Assembly: GCA_035084275.1 (NCBI GenBank)
Contig: CM068742.1
Span: forward strand, 138,570,001-138,634,000
From: Hydrolagus colliei
Taxonomy: Eukaryota
Length of the DNA stretch: 64,000 bases
Direction of reading: 5' to 3'
Below the pieces are notes generated by a model. It did no database searches and was not told where the DNA came from. It saw only the letters and a program-made list of their open reading frames with translations. A program made the translations under genes and the position numbers. The first letter of the stretch is position 1. Each line of letters opens with the position of its first letter. This document shows, piece after piece, positions 50,570-63,604 of the stretch.

Positions 50570-50835
50570 CCAGTGTCAGCTTGACTGAGTTGGTGGCACT
50601 CTTGTCTTGGGGTCAGAAGGCTGTGGGTTTGAGTCCCACATAGGGACGTGAGCTCATCGTCTAGTCTGGCACTCAGGGCAAGACTGCGGAAGCATTGCAT
50701 TGTTTGCCGTGCCCTCTTTTGATTTGAGATATTTGCTTACAAACACAGTCTCTGCGCTTCACACTAAAATCCTATCAAGCACTTTGGGGCATCTCAACGA
50801 CAGGATAAAAAGCCATATCAAGGGATAGTATTATT
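50570..50835 (+). mobile_element. Old Deu-SINE, internally deleted
   Basis: gttggtggcactcttg..gtcagaaggctgtgggtttgagtcccac...ctagtctggcact. Confidence 0.7.
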
Positions 50836-52377
50836 TTCACTTCAAAGTGATCCCGTTCACATGGATATCAAAGATCAAAAAGTGATAAATTTACCTCATG
50901 CCTGTTTATGGGATCGGATCCTACTGGCACAAATCACTGCTTCGTTTGTCTGCAAGAACAGCAGTAACTTGTGAAGCGCTTTGAGATATTTTGGTGAAAT
51001 AAAGTTCTATAAACATACAAGCTCTTTCTTTCCGCACAGTCCCCGGTTTGAGGAGCGCTGAACTATTTTTAAGCACATTGTACTCGCAACATTTTAATTT
51101 ACTTATAAAAAGAGGATGTAAGAATTCAAGCGTTTGTCAAATGGACGCTTGATAGACAACACGCCTTGGAACCATTTTATTTATAATTGCCACAGTTAAC
51201 TACAAAATGTGCATTCACAGGAGAAAAAAAAGCCTGAAGGCAGAACTAAATTGTTGGCTGGTTTGACTTCCTGTCATTTCCATAAAATCTCTTCCTTTCG
51301 GTCCAGCTCCCACCATAGTCAGGAACGGTTCTATTTATAGCAATAACAGATAAAGTTTTCATTTGAGACTGAAGAGAACATTTTTGCCTGCATTAACTGT
51401 TGTCCATGAAAGCAGCTGAAGAGATGTTATGTAGTGACATCTGTGCTACTTTTAGTAAACAGTCCCCAAACACCTGCATCAATTGGCAACTCATACTGCC
51501 TGTGTATGCCAAATTCTTATAATTCAAAGGCTGCACTGATTCTTATTGTTCATAGTTCTTCAATAAGATGCTGATGACATTCAGTGGAAACTATGCCCCT
51601 TGTTCATAATCAGTTGAACATTAACAAGAAAACTGCTTCTTTACATTGTGTTATCTGAAAGAATCTTCATTTTATTTCCTGGTACAAAATGGTAATAATA
51701 CCACTAATAATAAAGAATAATAATAATAATTCTTGCATTTGATATAGAATCTTCCTTATTGTAGGGACATCTCGCTTTACAGAACTTGTAAAGTGTATTC
51801 GTAGGCAAACTGCGCTATGGTAATGTAGCCTACACATAGAGTACTTAAAAGTCTCAAAAGTATGAATACCTTGCAGGCAATGTTAAATTGCTGTCTGACT
51901 GTGCTTCCTATCATTGCTCCAGGAACCAGACTCCTTGTTTCTTGACTTTGCCTTTTTATTCCCTTTCTCATGTCCACTGTCAGGTCCAATTACAATACAT
52001 ATACACGAAGACTTAATTAAACCAATCAGCCTGCAATGGAGCTGACAGGTACGATTTTATGTCACACGCATTTCACAGTGTGTAATCTGCTATCAATGGG
52101 ATCGTTTTCTCTTCCTTTTGGTTCACTTTCTGTCAGCTACTCCCCAGATCAAAAAGTCAAGCTGGAAAATCCAGCTGACCCTGAGGTTGACTGGAAGGCA
52201 TATTTGCAAAAGGGACGTCCTCCCAATGTGAAAGGCGCTATACAAATGTAATTTTGTTTTGTTGTTAAGGTCTGTGACTTTCTACATCTGGCCACAATTG
52301 CAAAAGTTCACAAGTGCCCCTTTCTCAAGTAAGACCTTTCTGTGCGACTCAATTATTTGTTTATAAAAAAAAGCCTT

Positions 52378-52432
52378 CCCCACTCACCCCCCCACCGCCC
52401 CCACCCCCCACCCCCACCCCCCCACCAGCACC
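52378..52432 (-). repeat. (CCCCA)-like C-rich tract, G-quadruplex-capable on the minus strand
   Basis: cccccccaccgcccccacccccca ccccc accccccc accag. Confidence 0.75.
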
Positions 52433-53349
52433 ACTGGTAAAAAAAGAAAAGATTAAAGGCTTTTAAATCTCTTAAACCACATTCCACCTTGAAAAATTAC
52501 ATCTGTGACCTTGAAGCCCCAGGCGTTGCTGGCTTGGGACAGAAGTTTGTATTCATTCAGGCACGAAGAAAAAAAAGTAGCTTTGGTGCAGGTTCAGGGG
52601 GCTCAGCGAAGCACACACATACACCAGCTAACCCAGCCTGCAGAGGTCTGCACCTCCCACACCATTGGCTTTATAATTGGAAATTCCTACGCACAAAAGG
52701 CTCTGCCCACAGGACTTCTGCAGACTAACAATCAGTTTGCAGTGCTTCACTGGTTATGAGGTCCTTGGCAGGAAGCCATTCACTATCATAAAAGTGTTTG
52801 TGAAAGAAATTGTTCCATTTTAGCCAACTTTTTTTTCCCCCTCCCCGAGACCGGCATCCACCCCCACCTCTTCAATGGAATGTGTTAATAATTTGCTTTG
52901 TGGAGATGAAAGAACCTTTGATAGCAACAGCGTAAACACATCTCACTCAACTCAACGGTCTTTGTCCTAACAACCAAGGAACAGTCTCTCAAACAGTGAC
53001 TGGGGCGGAGAAAGCAGTGGAAATTCCTAAACAACAATTTCAGCCCATTCTGCCTCACCTGCTAGAATTGTGTAACATGAAGGACAAGGGGCCACTATTT
53101 ATATTTGTCCAGGAATTGTTTGAGGTGGACACTAAATAGAGATTAGAGAGAATCATTTTTTTCATTAACTTTGATACCGTGCCTGATTAATATTTAACAT
53201 GAAAGCCTTCTGCTTCTTTGCCAGAGTTTTTGCAAAGAATTTAGGTATCAGATGTGGACACTAACAGGTTGCCAGACATTTTCTATGAAATCAGGATCAA
53301 GGTAAACCTTTACAGGTGACAAGCTTTGTTAAGTAATGGTATTTACTAA

Positions 53350-53615
53350 CTAGACTGACACACCAGTACAGTGATCGTGCCAGTGCCTCATTATTGGAGG
53401 TGCCATCCTTCAGATGAGACATTAAACCAAGGTCCTGTCTGTTTAAGAAACTTTAAGATCCCATGGCACTATTCAAAAAGTGAAGGGAGTTTCTTCTGGT
53501 ATTCTAGTGAAACAAATACCTCAGATAAAAAAAATTACTTCATTGTTGTTTGTGGGACATTATATAGCAAATTGGCTGCTCTCTTTGCCCACAAAACACA
53601 CAGTCACTACGATTT
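53350..53615 (+). mobile_element. Old Deu-SINE
   Basis: ttggaggtgccatccttcagatgagacattaaaccaagg...aagatcccatggcactattc...gcaaattggctgct. Confidence 0.8.
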
Positions 53616-53622
53616 ACAGTTA

Positions 53623-54167
53623 CAGTCAACCCTTGCCGAATGCAACTTTCTGCATTGCAAATTCAACCATACGAGAATAAATAAATGCGGCACTTTTTTG
53701 TGAACAAGAATAAAATTTGAGTATACGCGATGGCTGGCCCCATACGCATGCGTAGTTGGGAGGATGCCGGCAGCTCCCGTCTCAGTCCGATGATTCCTTG
53801 GCCTCGGAGCAGTCTGATGGCATTGCATAGTAAACAGAAGAGACAGAGAGAGAGACAGAGAGTCTCCTAGCACTCCCAGGACCAAAGATAAAATAATTTA
53901 GCAACGCTGTGGTAGTGTAAGGTGCTGTTTTATTGTCTCCAGTGAGTCAGTGAGAGCGGGGAGAGCAGGCCAGCCGGCTGTAGCCTGCCTCAGTACGCAC
54001 ATTGCGTTGGTCAGGTATGGATGTGCCTAGAGGCTTGAGGTTAGATAGCCTGTGGATGGATTCCCTTAACCCTTTTTCCCCATTACTTATTAAGCTTACC
54101 AAACACAATTTTAGCGAGTGCGTTGTTTTCCAGGAACGTAATCCCCGTGTTCGGCGCAGGTCTACAG
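53623..54167. mobile_element. Probable Tigger-like non-autonomous DNA transposon
   Basis: TA-flanked, degenerate TIRs cagtcaacccttgccgaatgc / ctgtagacctgcgccgaacac (13/21); Tigger-style subterminal caggaacgtaatcccc; raised CpG. Confidence 0.5.
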
Positions 54168-54885
54168 TAATCCAGAGCCCATTGCATATACCCATTTGAT
54201 GTAATATGACAATAAAATTGTGGTATAAACTAACATTCTATCCAGAGTTTGCCTTCAAAACAGAATATAAGTAATCTATCTACTCAGAGTAGATCTGGTT
54301 TGAACACATGGCAGGAAGTATTTGTGAACATTTCCCTGCTCCAGATTAAACAAGCTCTGTCCCCAACGATTGGCGGAAGTGGCAGATTTTGAAACTATGC
54401 AGAGAAATTTCCTATCCCAAATAAACATGGGTGGATAATTCTGACTCAAAGGACATTTGGCCAAAACCTAGCTTTCCGCCCAGTGATTGATTTCTTCGCA
54501 GCTGAAATGTTACCAAGATCTGTCGAAATTTGCCTTAGAATAATAATCCTTGCAATGATATTTCCACCTTATCACGTCGTTGAGATGTCTCAAAATGCTT
54601 GAAAGAATATATTATAAAGTGAATTGACTGTATATTTTGCGTGCAAAAAATCCCATTGCCATATCCCATGAAACACATGTTGATCCTGCCAGCCCAAAAG
54701 GTCAATATGTAATTTATTGGCTCAAATAGGAGGTTTTATTAGCTCCGTTATATGCAAATAGAATCTGCGCTATGAGGAAGGGATTCTGTCAAGACACTTG
54801 CCAACACTTTTTTTATATGGAGTTAACATATATATTTCTTCTCCCTCAAAAAAATTGCATTTGTTAGTTACATTTAATAATATGT

Positions 54886-55193
54886 GGAGTCCTGTAGCTT
54901 AATAATAAATAATAACAATAATAATAATCCATGCATTTGATATAGCGCCTTATCACATCTTCTAGATGTTTCAAACAGAATATATTGTAAAGTGAATTGA
55001 CTGTATATTTGTGGGAGAAAACAGCAGCCAATTGCGCTCAGCAATCCAGTAGTGGATTGCCATGACCAATTTATTATTGCTTTTTTTTGAGGGATTATTA
55101 TTAGGCATGTGGGGTAAGGAAATTTGCCCAAGGTTTCACCCTGACCTGCCTGGAATTGAACCTAGGTCTCTCGCTTGTAAGGCGAGTGCTCTA
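54886..55193 (-). mobile_element. Young SINE whose first 14 nt are on the plus strand and whose body is on the minus strand
   Basis: ggagtcctgtagct (54886-54899, +) abuts the (aat)n tail of a minus copy that stops at gcgagtgctcta. Confidence 0.85.
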
Positions 55194-56082
55194 CCTGAAT
55201 CGGCAGACAGAACATCCCATCCACAAATCAGCACCTATAATAAATAATGCACCTCCCCAGGACTCTATTAGACTATCAAATTAGACTGTGAGCTCAAAGT
55301 GCCTGATATGGGGCTTGAACCTCAAAGCTTCTGTTTCAGATGCACGGGCATCTTAAGTTTGATTCAGTGAACCAAACCTCGGATGCTGTACAATCTCTTT
55401 CCTACTAGCTCTGGGTTGCTACCGTGCGCGAGGGGCACTATATAACTGCAAGTTGTTGTTGTCAAAGGTTTGCATCTGAGTTCACGGAACACAGGTATTC
55501 CCTATATAAAGTACACCCTATATTATATGATTGTCATTTCAGACTAAGAAAATTATCTGAGTAAAATCTGATGGCAAAAGCCGTAGTGGGAAGGAATTGA
55601 CATCATCAGTTGGATACAGTACAACTTTCTGTACATGCTGTGCAGATGTGACTTGTTCATTTTGGAACAAACCCTTGAATTGGTTGACAGAAATACTGTA
55701 GATAACATTTCTTTAGAATTTTAGATCGACAATTTGACATTGAGTTACTGTATCAAACAGGCACTCAGTGTGGGAAGTACCTGCCTCAACCAAGAATGTT
55801 ATGAAAAGCAAAACACGATCTTATCATAAGTAAACAATTGGGAAGAATGAGACAATTCTTTTATCTTTTTGTAGTGAAGCCTGGAATTTGTCTGTAGTGA
55901 GTCTGATTAGATATCTCACCTAAAAAGATAAGGCTTGATAAACTGTTAGATCAATACTAATAAAAGTTTAGTTCAGTGCAGAATGTTCTGATTTTAAAAA
56001 TGATCAGAAATAGTCTTCAGTATTTTATTAGACATTTAGAAGAGGAAAGAACAGTGCTGAAGAAGTACTCTGAGTGTAACGC

Positions 56083-56363
56083 GGAGTCCTGTAGCTCAAT
56101 GGTTAGAGCACCCGCCTCACAAGACCTGGGTCCAATTCACGGCGAGGCAAAACTTTGGGAGTTTCCTTACTCCACACACCTGATAGAAAAAGACTGTTCA
56201 CTTCAAACCACGACTGTTTGTGGGACACTGCTGTGTGCAATTGGCTGCCGCATTTCGCCCCCAAATATACAGTCATTTCACTTTACAGTACACAGTATTC
56301 TGTGAAGCACTTTGAGACATCTAGCAGACATGCAAATTGCTATATTAAATACAAGAATTATTA
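56083..56363 (+). mobile_element. Young tRNA/Deu SINE
   Basis: ggagtcctgtagctcaatggttagagc...gtttccttactccacac...Deu domain...tail. Confidence 0.9.
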
Positions 56364-57239
56364 CTATCTATTATACTAAAGCAGTCATTCCCTATGCATT
56401 CCAAATTCATGGATGTATTTGATAGTTTTCTTTCAACATACTGTATATGCTTAGATAAAGATCAGAAAAACGGTCTTTCACTCAAAAACTCAAGTGCTTA
56501 TAGAACCATACAGGATTAGACATGTATAGCATAGACAAAGGTCATCGGCTCATCACATTTGTGCTGGCTCTTTTAAAGAGGAATCATTTCAGTCCCATCA
56601 CTGCTTGACTAACATCAGGAAGAGATAACATTGACTTCTAATTAAAATTGACTTCAGAGTTGTTGGTTTTTGAACCTTTCTGTCCCAATGACTCAATTTG
56701 TAATTGTGAGTCAATCTTTCCATTCCTTTACACCTTCCCCATTGTGCGATTCTACTGAAATAATGCATTTATTTAACAGGATTTGCCCTACTTATTGAAC
56801 TTCATTCATGATAAGAGCTCTGTTGTGATTTCACTGCTGCAAAACATGTGATGATAAGTGCATACTTACGCATTTATCTTATCTTGAGCTATATCATGCT
56901 CAGAACTTTTAGGAACAAAGCATAATACTGTAGTGAGGTTTGGGGTTGAATTTGTGGCGCAGTGGATTGGACAGACAATCTAAAGTAGAAGCAGAAAGAT
57001 TCATTCCAATTCACAGCACAGAGAGTCACGGTTTCAGTTATGAAGTTCAGGAAGAAGCACATTCAGGGACAAATCACTTCTCGAAACAGAAAGAAGCCAA
57101 CATATATCATGTTTCTTGTTTCTTTGATTGGGAATTGAATTCAAGACACAAAAGTTAAAGAAGCAATCCCAACAAAACGTGAGACCTATTTTTGATCCTC
57201 ATAATAAATGTTCCTTAAAAACTGTCCTGTTTAATATCC

Positions 57240-57528
57240 TGAGCAAACTGGTTCAACAGTTGAGCTGCTACAGTTAGCGCCAACATCCAAAGCTTCAGGG
57301 AGAGAGAAAAAGGGCCAAGTGAGTTTCTCATTTCTGACCTCTATCCAATGATCCCTGCCAGAAAGTGTGTGTGGATGGTGGCAGTATTGGACTTGGCTGT
57401 GGCACTGCCCTATTGTCAAATAACCTGCCAACACTCAGCTGACACATGAAGAAATGACCACTTAGGAATGAACCCCAGCAAGAATCAGAATCCTCAGGAG
57501 AGCAAGGCAGAAAATTGAAGAGGAAAAA
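57240..57528 (+). mobile_element. Ancient SINE family B, 3' part
   Basis: tatccaatgatccctgccagaaagtgtg...aataacctgccaacactca..acacatgaagaaatgaccac..ccccagcaagaatcag. Confidence 0.65.
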
Positions 57529-59184
57529 GAGTTGCCAAAATAAACTGTTAGACATGAAACCATTCATTATGTTGTTGCAGTTCAGAATTTTATTTTCATT
57601 ATACCACAGCAGAGTGTTTTAGCAATATTATCCTTAACTAACTCCTCTAAGTGTGAAAACTATAATAAAAATCATCTTTGCCTTTGGTATCGTGACTTTC
57701 ATCTCGGGAGGATGCCTCAATTCGATTCACAGCACTTTAATGTGAAGGTAAAGTGTAATGCCTATGTATTCCTAGGTGAACACAGCAGCCAATTTGTGAC
57801 CAGCAATGTCCAACAAACAGTCATTAAGTGAATGACCATTTTTTCCCTGAAGGATTTGGGCCAGGACACCAGGAGAGACTGAACAACTAATTGCAGATTC
57901 TGGTAATGTAAAAAAAACATTTCCAAAGAAAGCATGCACACACATTATGTAACATACTGAAATAATCTGACCTGGAACATAGGCAGTTTTCTGTAGGAAT
58001 CCTTTAACTCACATTCTAATCTTCTGGTCATATTTTATGGTTAATGTCTTCTAAACATCTTGTCATGAGAAGCATTAAATTATTGCTCTTTTGCATGTAA
58101 ATCCTCAAAATAAGATGAATTGCAGATCTGATGGCAAAGTCTGTTCTCAGTCTGACTCTTTATATTAAAAAAAGCAGCAGTCACACTAACAGATTGGAAG
58201 ATTAAAGACAACATCTTCAATGTAGAGAGCTGCAATTTACTCTGTACTGATTTTCAGCCTTTCAGGATTTTTTTTCAAATGTATCTAATTTAATGGCAGA
58301 CATTTTTGATACTGCAGACATTGAATTCAGCTGGTCACCAGGCAGCTTGAAGTTGAGATTCCATGGACTTAAGCAAAGCCGAGACTGACTGACCACAGCA
58401 ATGCTATTACAGTGAGAAATCTTAGCAAGAAGCCAGGTGAAGAATTGAATCCTAGAGTGCAAAACACCAATACAGTATTAAAGTTGAAATGAATAAGAGG
58501 CAAACATGAGATAATCCTGAAGTAGTGGTTAGCTGATGCAAATCCTTATAATTTAGAGGCTGAAGGAAAACTGAAGGGAGCTAAGGGAGTTCCATAAACA
58601 GAATAACAGTGTAGGGTTTGGGACCTGGCCAAAATCTGCGTTAGAATGCACGGTCATACAATTAGAATTGCATTACATGTAATAACAGGGTCGAGAATCT
58701 CTCAAATTATTGTATTAGTGCATCCTGCTCTGCCACTTCTGCCTCAGCATATCATTTCCGCCTAAATTTGTTGGCAATTAGTGAGACACCACTTCCGTAA
58801 CAACCAAACATTTTGTTTAATACAAGGATATGCTGTTATAAAAGCAGTAAAGGCTTTGAGAAGTCTAGAGGATGTGAAAAGCACTATATCAAATGCAAGG
58901 ATTATTATTATTATTGTGATGAAGCAATATTACTGTTATTGATTTAATTGCAAATTCCTTCGCAGCAACAACTTGCATCTCTAGAGAGCCATTCACGTAG
59001 GATAATGTCCTTGAGATCTTTACAAAAATGTGCCCAAATGCCCAAAAGAGGCAGGGAGAGAGAAGGAGTTGCAGAGGCTAGGGGCATAGTGGCTGGAAGC
59101 TTAGCCAAGGGGATAGGAGATATACAGTAAGCCCGAGTTAGTTTAGCAAAAGGAAGGAGTAGAGGAAAAGGAAGAAGCAAGAGG

Positions 59185-59495
59185 ACCTTGGTTTGCTTTC
59201 TAGGCAGAGCGAACCTTTAGGCAAGTTTCTGCTCACCTCTGTTTACCCAGCAGTAAATAGGAACCTGCTTGTTGGTTGATTGGCAATCATTTTCCGTGGG
59301 TAATAATCCCTCAAAAAGAATTTGGTCATTCAATCCATGATTATTTGTGGGACACTGCTGTACGCAATTGGCTGCCGCATTTCACCTGCAAAATATATAG
59401 TCGATTGGCTTTACAATATGTTGTTCTGAGAAGAGCTTTGAGACATCGCAACAATCTGATAAGGCTCTAGATCAAAGGCAAGGATTGTTAATATT
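59185..59495 (+). mobile_element. Young SINE, long subfamily, 5'-truncated
   Basis: ggcaagtttc..ctctgtttacccagcagtaaataggaacct..gattggc..Deu domain. Confidence 0.85.
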
Positions 59496-59863
59496 ATAAT
59501 TAAGAAGATCATAGAGATGGAAAGGTGCTCAGGCAACCCATACAACCAGCTTTATACATTCCTTTGACTGCAGGCCACAACATCTATTGTGTCCTTTCGA
59601 GTGCTTGTGCTTTCAGTGTATCCCTTTAATTTCTAATGTTTTTATCAAATGTTTTAATTTCTAATGTTTTTTAATTTTTTTTTAATTAATATTTTAATTT
59701 CTAATTTTTTTTCTAATAGTTTTTCCAAACAGATAATAATCCACATGTTTATCAGTGAGTTAATCAGCACATAAACTCCCTTTGTTACAATTCTATTCCA
59801 CGTAGTCAGTGGAAGAAATACATTTGCTAGAATCTTTAATCTCATTCAAAGCTGCTTAATTTT

Positions 59864-59909
59864 GTTCTGATGAAGGACCTGAAACATTTCATGCACCTGA
59901 AACGTCAAC
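59864..59909 (+). ncRNA. Minimal type I hammerhead ribozyme motif
   Basis: GUU-CUGAUGA-[AGG...CCU]-GAAA-CG-UC/AAC: conserved core, GUC cleavage triplet, 3-bp stem I, palindromic ACGU stem III. Confidence 0.5.
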
Positions 59910-60018
59910 TCACTTTCTTTTCTCCATAGATGCTGCCTGACCTGCTGAGTGTTTCCAGAGATCCCTGTTTATGTTTCAGATTTCCAGCAACTGCAGAGTT
60001 CTGCATTTTGTTTTCGAG
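59864..60018 (+). mobile_element. Short Penelope-related element headed by a hammerhead motif
   Basis: Homologous to the reverse complement of 4696-4844; flanked by ttaatttt direct repeats (59856-59863 and 60019-60026). Confidence 0.75.
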
Positions 60019-60429
60019 TTAATTTTAAACTTATGTCCTCTAGCTCATGGTCTAAGTCAAATGGCTGCTTACATTTTATACTTCTTTAATTTTATAAATC
60101 TGGATGAATCCTTCTTCAATCATTTTTTGGTCAGCCAAGTGTTATACACATAGAGAACCCATCACAATGCTTAAGAGTACCTGCTTGTCCAGCTAGGATT
60201 GCACTAGTCAATCCTAGTTCTTTGGCAAGAACTTAATGGGAAGAATTTCTGCCCCCAGGACGAGACAGCTCTCCGGAGGACTGATTATAGGCCAATCTGA
60301 CAGGTCTGTCATCAGCAGTGCCCTGGAATAACTGCTGCACTGAGACCACCACAGAGGATTGACTCGATTCCAACATTCACTTGCCAAGCTAGCTCAGCTC
60401 AGCTCCACGCCCCAGCCCCCTCGAAGATA

Positions 60430-60782
60430 GTTACTCCAACCTCTTCTTGTTGGGTGTTCCACAGACCCTGGTTTCGATCTGCTTCCTCATCCAAGAGGCC
60501 ATTGTTAATGTGTGAACCTTGAGAGTTAGTGTCCACAGGCTACACAACTATAGAGGCTGTCAGAGCGGAGGCTGACCTCTCCCCGTCTGGCCTACAACTA
60601 GAGGGAGACAGGGTGTTGTAGAGAGACCAGGAGCAGGAAGTCTGGCTGGATATACCCTCCCAAACCCTGCAGGGGAATCAATCTAACTTTCCCTGAGGCC
60701 AACAAACTCAGCATGGATTCAAACCAGCAATTGCTCAATCCATAAACTACAGCTCTATCTACCACACCATCAAGCCTCCCCC
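60430..60782 (-). mobile_element. Ancient SINE family B
   Basis: caagaggccattgttaatgtgtgaacc..agtgtccacaggcta..caggagcaggaagtctggctgga..aactcagca; reverse of the 57240 and 31036 motifs. Confidence 0.6.
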
Positions 60783-60914
60783 TGCTTATATAAGTGCAAC
60801 ACTGTCATAATAAGCATATAAGTGACTTCACCAATGTCTAAACTAAATGGGTTACATGACTTGGTTATTACTTCACATTGACAGCACTATCTTTCCATAA
60901 CCATTATTGCGGGT

Positions 60915-61280
60915 GACAGCCACACTCAGTTGGTAGCACACTTTGGCCTCCGAGGCAGGATGGTTGGGACACATATATTTTGACACTCCAATGTATTGAA
61001 AGAGGTGTGCTGTGTTGTTGGAGGTGTCATCTTTCACATCAGACATTAAACCAAGGTCCTGTCTCCCTTGGACATTAAAGATCCCACTGGCACTATTTGA
61101 AAAGATAAGGGAGTTTCAATCCCCCAAATAAAATTGGTCATTCACATTTTGGCTGTTTGTTGAACATGGCTGTGTGCAAATTGTCAATATACTTTACAGA
61201 ATATCCTGTGAAGCACTTTTTGAGATGTCCTCCTGATGCAAAAGCCACTGTAGCAAATGTAAGGATTCTGATTATTATTT
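60915..61280 (+). mobile_element. Old Deu-SINE
   Basis: ctcagttggtagcac...ggaggtgtcatctttc..agacattaaaccaagg..aaagatccc..aaattggtcatt. Confidence 0.75.
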
Positions 61281-61949
61281 TTCAACTGTATGTCTTATTC
61301 TGTCTCATGTGCTTTGACCATTTTTGCTTTTGTCTGTTTTTTTAAGACTGCCTTTTTCCTTACCCTGTTAATATCATCGATTATATTCAGAGACAGATTT
61401 CTTCTCGATTTAATCCGCCTTTTGTCTCCATTTCCACAAATTACCATGCATCCTAATATGCTCAGGTCTGCAGACACAATCGCTGTTGTTTGTGCTCTGC
61501 CTGCACAAATCTGTTTTCAAATCCTGATACATCCTCCTTAACAGCCATTGTGGGTACTGAAAATTGTACTTCACAAAATGGTAATCCAATAATAACAATG
61601 CAAAAGCATTTAGATAAAATAACGCTGATTTTTTTTTAAGTGGATTGTCATTGATCTCGAGTATCTTCCCCGTCAATGCTTCAAAGTACAGGATTGTCCT
61701 TGTTATTATAGCACAGGCTTATAATTAAATTATGTGCTGTATAAACTCTGTTCTATTATATTAATCAAGAACAATAAAAAAAAACTATGCTAAAGGCCTG
61801 CAGTACTTATTTAAAACCCCCAGTAGATTAGTATTATTCAGGTGAGCACATGCCTCAGTCGTAATCGGATTCTTGCCAAAAAGCTACTTTTGAGTAGTTT
61901 ATGAGGTATGACAGTAAATTAAATTTAGATCTGCAATAATAACGGATTT

Positions 61950-62572
61950 AACCCTTGTGCATGCGTTTGTCACCTCCCGCTTGCATTACTGAAACGCACT
62001 CATCGCCTATCTCCCCAACTCCACTATTCAAAAGATCTAGCTCATTCAGAACTCTACCACTCACATACTTACCAGGACCAAACCCCATCTCACTAATTCT
62101 GGCTAGGTTCCACTGGCTCCCCATCACCAAATGGATCAACTTCAAGATCCTCACACTCGTGTTCAAATTACTTCACTCTCTGGTATCTCCCAGCTCTCTG
62201 AACTCCTCACTCCCCAATCCACTACCCGGTGCCTCCGACTGGCACGGGCCTCCTGCTCGTCCCTCGGACCCTCCACCCGAACATCGGAGATCGTGCTTTC
62301 AGCCACTCTGACCCTGCGCTTTGGAATACAATCCCAGAATTCCTTCGCCTTGTTCCCTCCCTTGCCTCCTTCACGAGCAGACTCAGGACCCTTCTCTTTG
62401 ACTGTGCCTTCAGTTGCCTTCTCTACCCTTCCTCATCCTAACCCTGCCACTCCCCCCCACCTCCTATACCCCACGCTCAGATCCTGACTCCCGACTGTTC
62501 AGTGCCTTTGGACATGGGGACATTCTCCCAATGTGAAAGGCTCTCTACAAATGTAATTTTGTTGTTGTTGTT
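61950..62572 (+). mobile_element. L2 LINE 3' fragment
   Basis: PISLILARFHWLPITKWINFKILTLVFK; IGDRAFSHSDPALWNTIP; FTSRLRTLLFDCAF; (ttg)n tail. Confidence 0.93.
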
Positions 62573-63604
62573 TATATCATAGATGAATAATGTCAAGTCT
62601 TCCAATTGGAGTTAGATCTGCGTAAGATTAGACTGGAGAAAGTCTCTGGGATCTATTGAGTTGTGCCTTGGGATGTTCTCCCGGCATGAAAAGTGCTCCA
62701 TAAATGTAATTTTGTTGTTGTTGTTGAGTAACATTCAATGTTTATCTCATCAAATGTACTCAAATTGGTCATTCATTTGTGTCTGTTTGTGGCCAATTAC
62801 TGCTCATAAATTGGCTGCTTCTATGACCAACAAATTACAGTCACTACTCTTCACAGTGAATCCTGTGAAGCATGAGATGTTGCTGCCACCGCAGGAATCC
62901 TACAACCACCATCAAAACAAACTGTACTCAACCTCTTTGCAATGCCCCATGGTGTGATACATCTTTATCTGCCAACCAAAACACAACGATCCCATGTTAC
63001 TATTCAGATTTAGCACTTCTTCTGATGAAATATATTCTTCCTGCAGTCTGCTTCACCTGTCACTGCATACTATGGCTCCAAGTGAATTTGATCCTGCTGC
63101 CTTGAGCAATGCTCTCTCACTATATATAGATTCAGCACTCTGACATCTATCAGAAAATGAGATGCTTCCATAGTGTAGTGATTGGTGACGGCTGTACTTA
63201 GTAATGACAGTTCGAACTGCGTAATTTTCCAACTAATCAGCATATGTCTGCTGCTGTATTTATAACCTTGTTTATGACCCCATCTGTTTCTGGGATTAGT
63301 TCGATTTATGTTCACAAATGCCTTGTGCTCGCCAGGCTTTTATTCCAGTTATTTGGTTCCTCTGCTTTCTCACCCGTGAAAGCCACAAACATTTTAATCA
63401 TCTGGTTCATAACCCCTTCATGAAATTCTTGGTCTCACTTTCTTCCACTTTGGTTATGTTCCGTGACCTGGAACTCTGTTAACTCGTCCACAAATGGTGG
63501 ATCTATCATACGTTAACAGAAGACAGAGGAATTATCTTTTAGTTCCTCGGCTCGATTTCACCAGTTACCGCTTATTATCTTATAAAAATCGAATTCAGTG
63601 TCAG

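Noticed and set aside
53700-54180. CpG-richer stretch with a tacgcatgcgta palindrome and a 72-nt ag/gt-bounded segment (53943-54014) as a promoter or exon
   Set aside because: It lies within a probable Tigger-like element bounded by TA and degenerate TIRs; no independent support
59625-59720. Repeated ttaatttctaat units (also actatcaa x3 near 6925-6957) as a CRISPR-like or functional array
   Set aside because: Low-complexity slippage repeats without unique spacers, in eukaryotic DNA
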